Part shown: positions 62,689 through 64,000 of the stretch, piece after piece
Numbering within the stretch: the first letter of the stretch is position 1
Layout: the number at the start of each line of letters is the position of its first letter
Origin: Prochlorococcus sp. AG-355-I04
GTDB lineage: Bacteria; Cyanobacteriota; Cyanobacteriia; PCC-6307; Cyanobiaceae
Length of the DNA: 64,000 bases
Assembly (NCBI GenBank): GCA_003280915.1
Contig: QCDL01000004.1
Location: 37,190 to 101,189 of the forward strand
Reading direction: 5' to 3'
The notes under the pieces: generated by a model
The model's database searches: none
Seen by the model: only the letters and a program-made list of their open reading frames with translations
Told to the model about the DNA's origin: nothing
Program-made: the position numbers and the translations under genes

Positions 62689-63588
62689 TTAGCTTAAAAA
62701 AGACTCTATCTTAATTATTGCATCTTTTAGCAGGTTTTTGTTACTAAGCCAAAGAGGATTATTTTTGTTACGAAACCAAGTTTTTTGTCTTTTTGCAAAT
62801 TGGATTGTTTTTGATGTAGTTAACTCAATCGCTTCGTCAATTGTTGAATGGTTATTTAAAACATCTCTAGCTTCTCGGTAACCAATGGTTTTTAATATTG
62901 GCAAGTCAAATCCATATTTAGAGATAAGATGATTAGTCTCCTCAATAATTCCAGATAAAAACATATGTTTTGTTCTTTGAAGAATTCTTTCTTTTAAATT
63001 ATCTCTATCTAATCCAAGCTCTAATATTCTCCAGTCGGGCGGATTTTGAACTTTCAGAGTTGAAAAAGGTTTACCTGTTACGTAGAAGACTTCTAAAGCT
63101 CTAATTGTTCTAATGTGGTCAGCAAAATTAATTTGTTTTGTTGATAATGGATCACAATTTTTTAACAATTCCCAACATTTTTTCTGACCAATTTCTTCTA
63201 ATTGTCTTCTCAGATTCTTTTGAGGAGGCACATCTGGTACAAAAAACCCTTTTGTTATTGAGTTCATATACAACCCGCTCCCTCCAACAAGAAAAGGTAA
63301 ATTATCTTGTTTAATTTCTCTTTTAATTGATTTTTGAGCAATTTCTTGAAATTGTTTTACATTAATCGGATGGATTGGCTCTTCAATATCTATTAAAAAA
63401 TGCTTTATTTGTTGTTGTTGTTGTTTAGATGGTTTTGCTGTTCCAATATCCATATACTTATAAATTTGTCTTGAATCGATATTGTGAATACGAGTTTTAA
63501 AATATTCTGCAATTTCAATAGCTAATTCTGTTTTGCCGCTTGCAGTAGGCCCAATTAAAATTATTATGTGAGGCTGATATGAAGACAT
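62689..63588 (-). CDS. miaA: tRNA dimethylallyltransferase
   Basis: [42 protein letters not shown]. Confidence 0.96.
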   Translation of the reverse strand: MSSYQPHIIILIGPTASGKTELAIEIAEYFKTRIHNIDSRQIYKYMDIGTAKPSKQQQQQIKHFLIDIEEPIHPINVKQFQEIAQKSIKREIKQDNLPFLVGGSGLYMNSITKGFFVPDVPPQKNLRRQLEEIGQKKCWELLKNCDPLSTKQINFADHIRTIRALEVFYVTGKPFSTLKVQNPPDWRILELGLDRDNLKERILQRTKHMFLSGIIEETNHLISKYGFDLPILKTIGYREARDVLNNHSTIDEAIELTTSKTIQFAKRQKTWFRNKNNPLWLSNKNLLKDAIIKIESFLS

Positions 63589-63738
63589 ATTAATTTATGA
63601 AGAAACAGAATTTAGCTATATAATTAAAGTGTTTAAATTTTTCATTGACTACGAGCCTTTATCTTATTGCGGTGGTAAATTTAATGAAAGACCTTTTAAA
63701 AATAAAATTTTAAAAGTTTAATATTTTTTTTATATTAA

Positions 63739-64000
63739 ATGAGTGAGGACAAAAGATCTAATAAAATCTCAAATGAATATGGCGCGGAACAGATTCAGGT
63801 TTTAGAGGGGTTAGAACCAGTTCGTAAACGTCCTGGGATGTATATAGGTTCTACAGGACCTAAAGGATTACACCATTTAGTATATGAGGTAGTTGATAAT
63901 TCAGTTGATGAAGCACTTGCTGGACATTGTGATCACATAGAAATAGTTCTTAGAGCAGATGGATCCGCTTTAATTTCTGATAATGGAAGGGGTATTCCTA
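63739..64000 (+). CDS. gyrB: DNA gyrase subunit B (5' part; runs off the window end)
   Basis: Not in the track. Manual translation: [64 protein letters not shown]...DNGRGIP. Confidence 0.95.
   Translation, partial: MSEDKRSNKISNEYGAEQIQVLEGLEPVRKRPGMYIGSTGPKGLHHLVYEVVDNSVDEALAGHCDHIEIVLRADGSALISDNGRGIP

Overview
This is a gene-dense, AT-rich core-genome segment of a marine picocyanobacterium. Gene content, gene order and base composition point to a high-light Prochlorococcus marinus; that assignment is from recognition, not a database search. The window runs from a partial pabB-like gene to a partial gyrB. It holds about 55 CDS and two tRNAs (Val-TAC, Gly-GCC). I found no rRNA, CRISPR array, transposase, integrase or prophage, and most of the window is ordinary housekeeping DNA. 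The one clear lesion is gcvP, split by a single extra A in an A7 run (25997-26003). The best candidates for undescribed biology are four. (1) An uncharacterised XRE-like HTH protein lies divergent from the acyl-lipid desaturase, with two GATA-N8-TATC palindromes in the shared 75-bp intergenic region. It heads a tightly packed run with an uncharacterised PLP enzyme and gcvH-gcvP. (2) An ATP-dependent DNA ligase sits beside a SprT-type zinc protease and uncharacterised small genes. (3) RNase J and an orphan disordered protein carry Arg-rich C-terminal motifs that resemble the PNPase-binding motif of cyanobacterial RNase E. Candidates 1-3 are hypotheses from motif and context. (4) Smaller items: an unannotated 50-aa ORF, a probable CTG start codon and a Lys/Thr tandem repeat on trigger factor.
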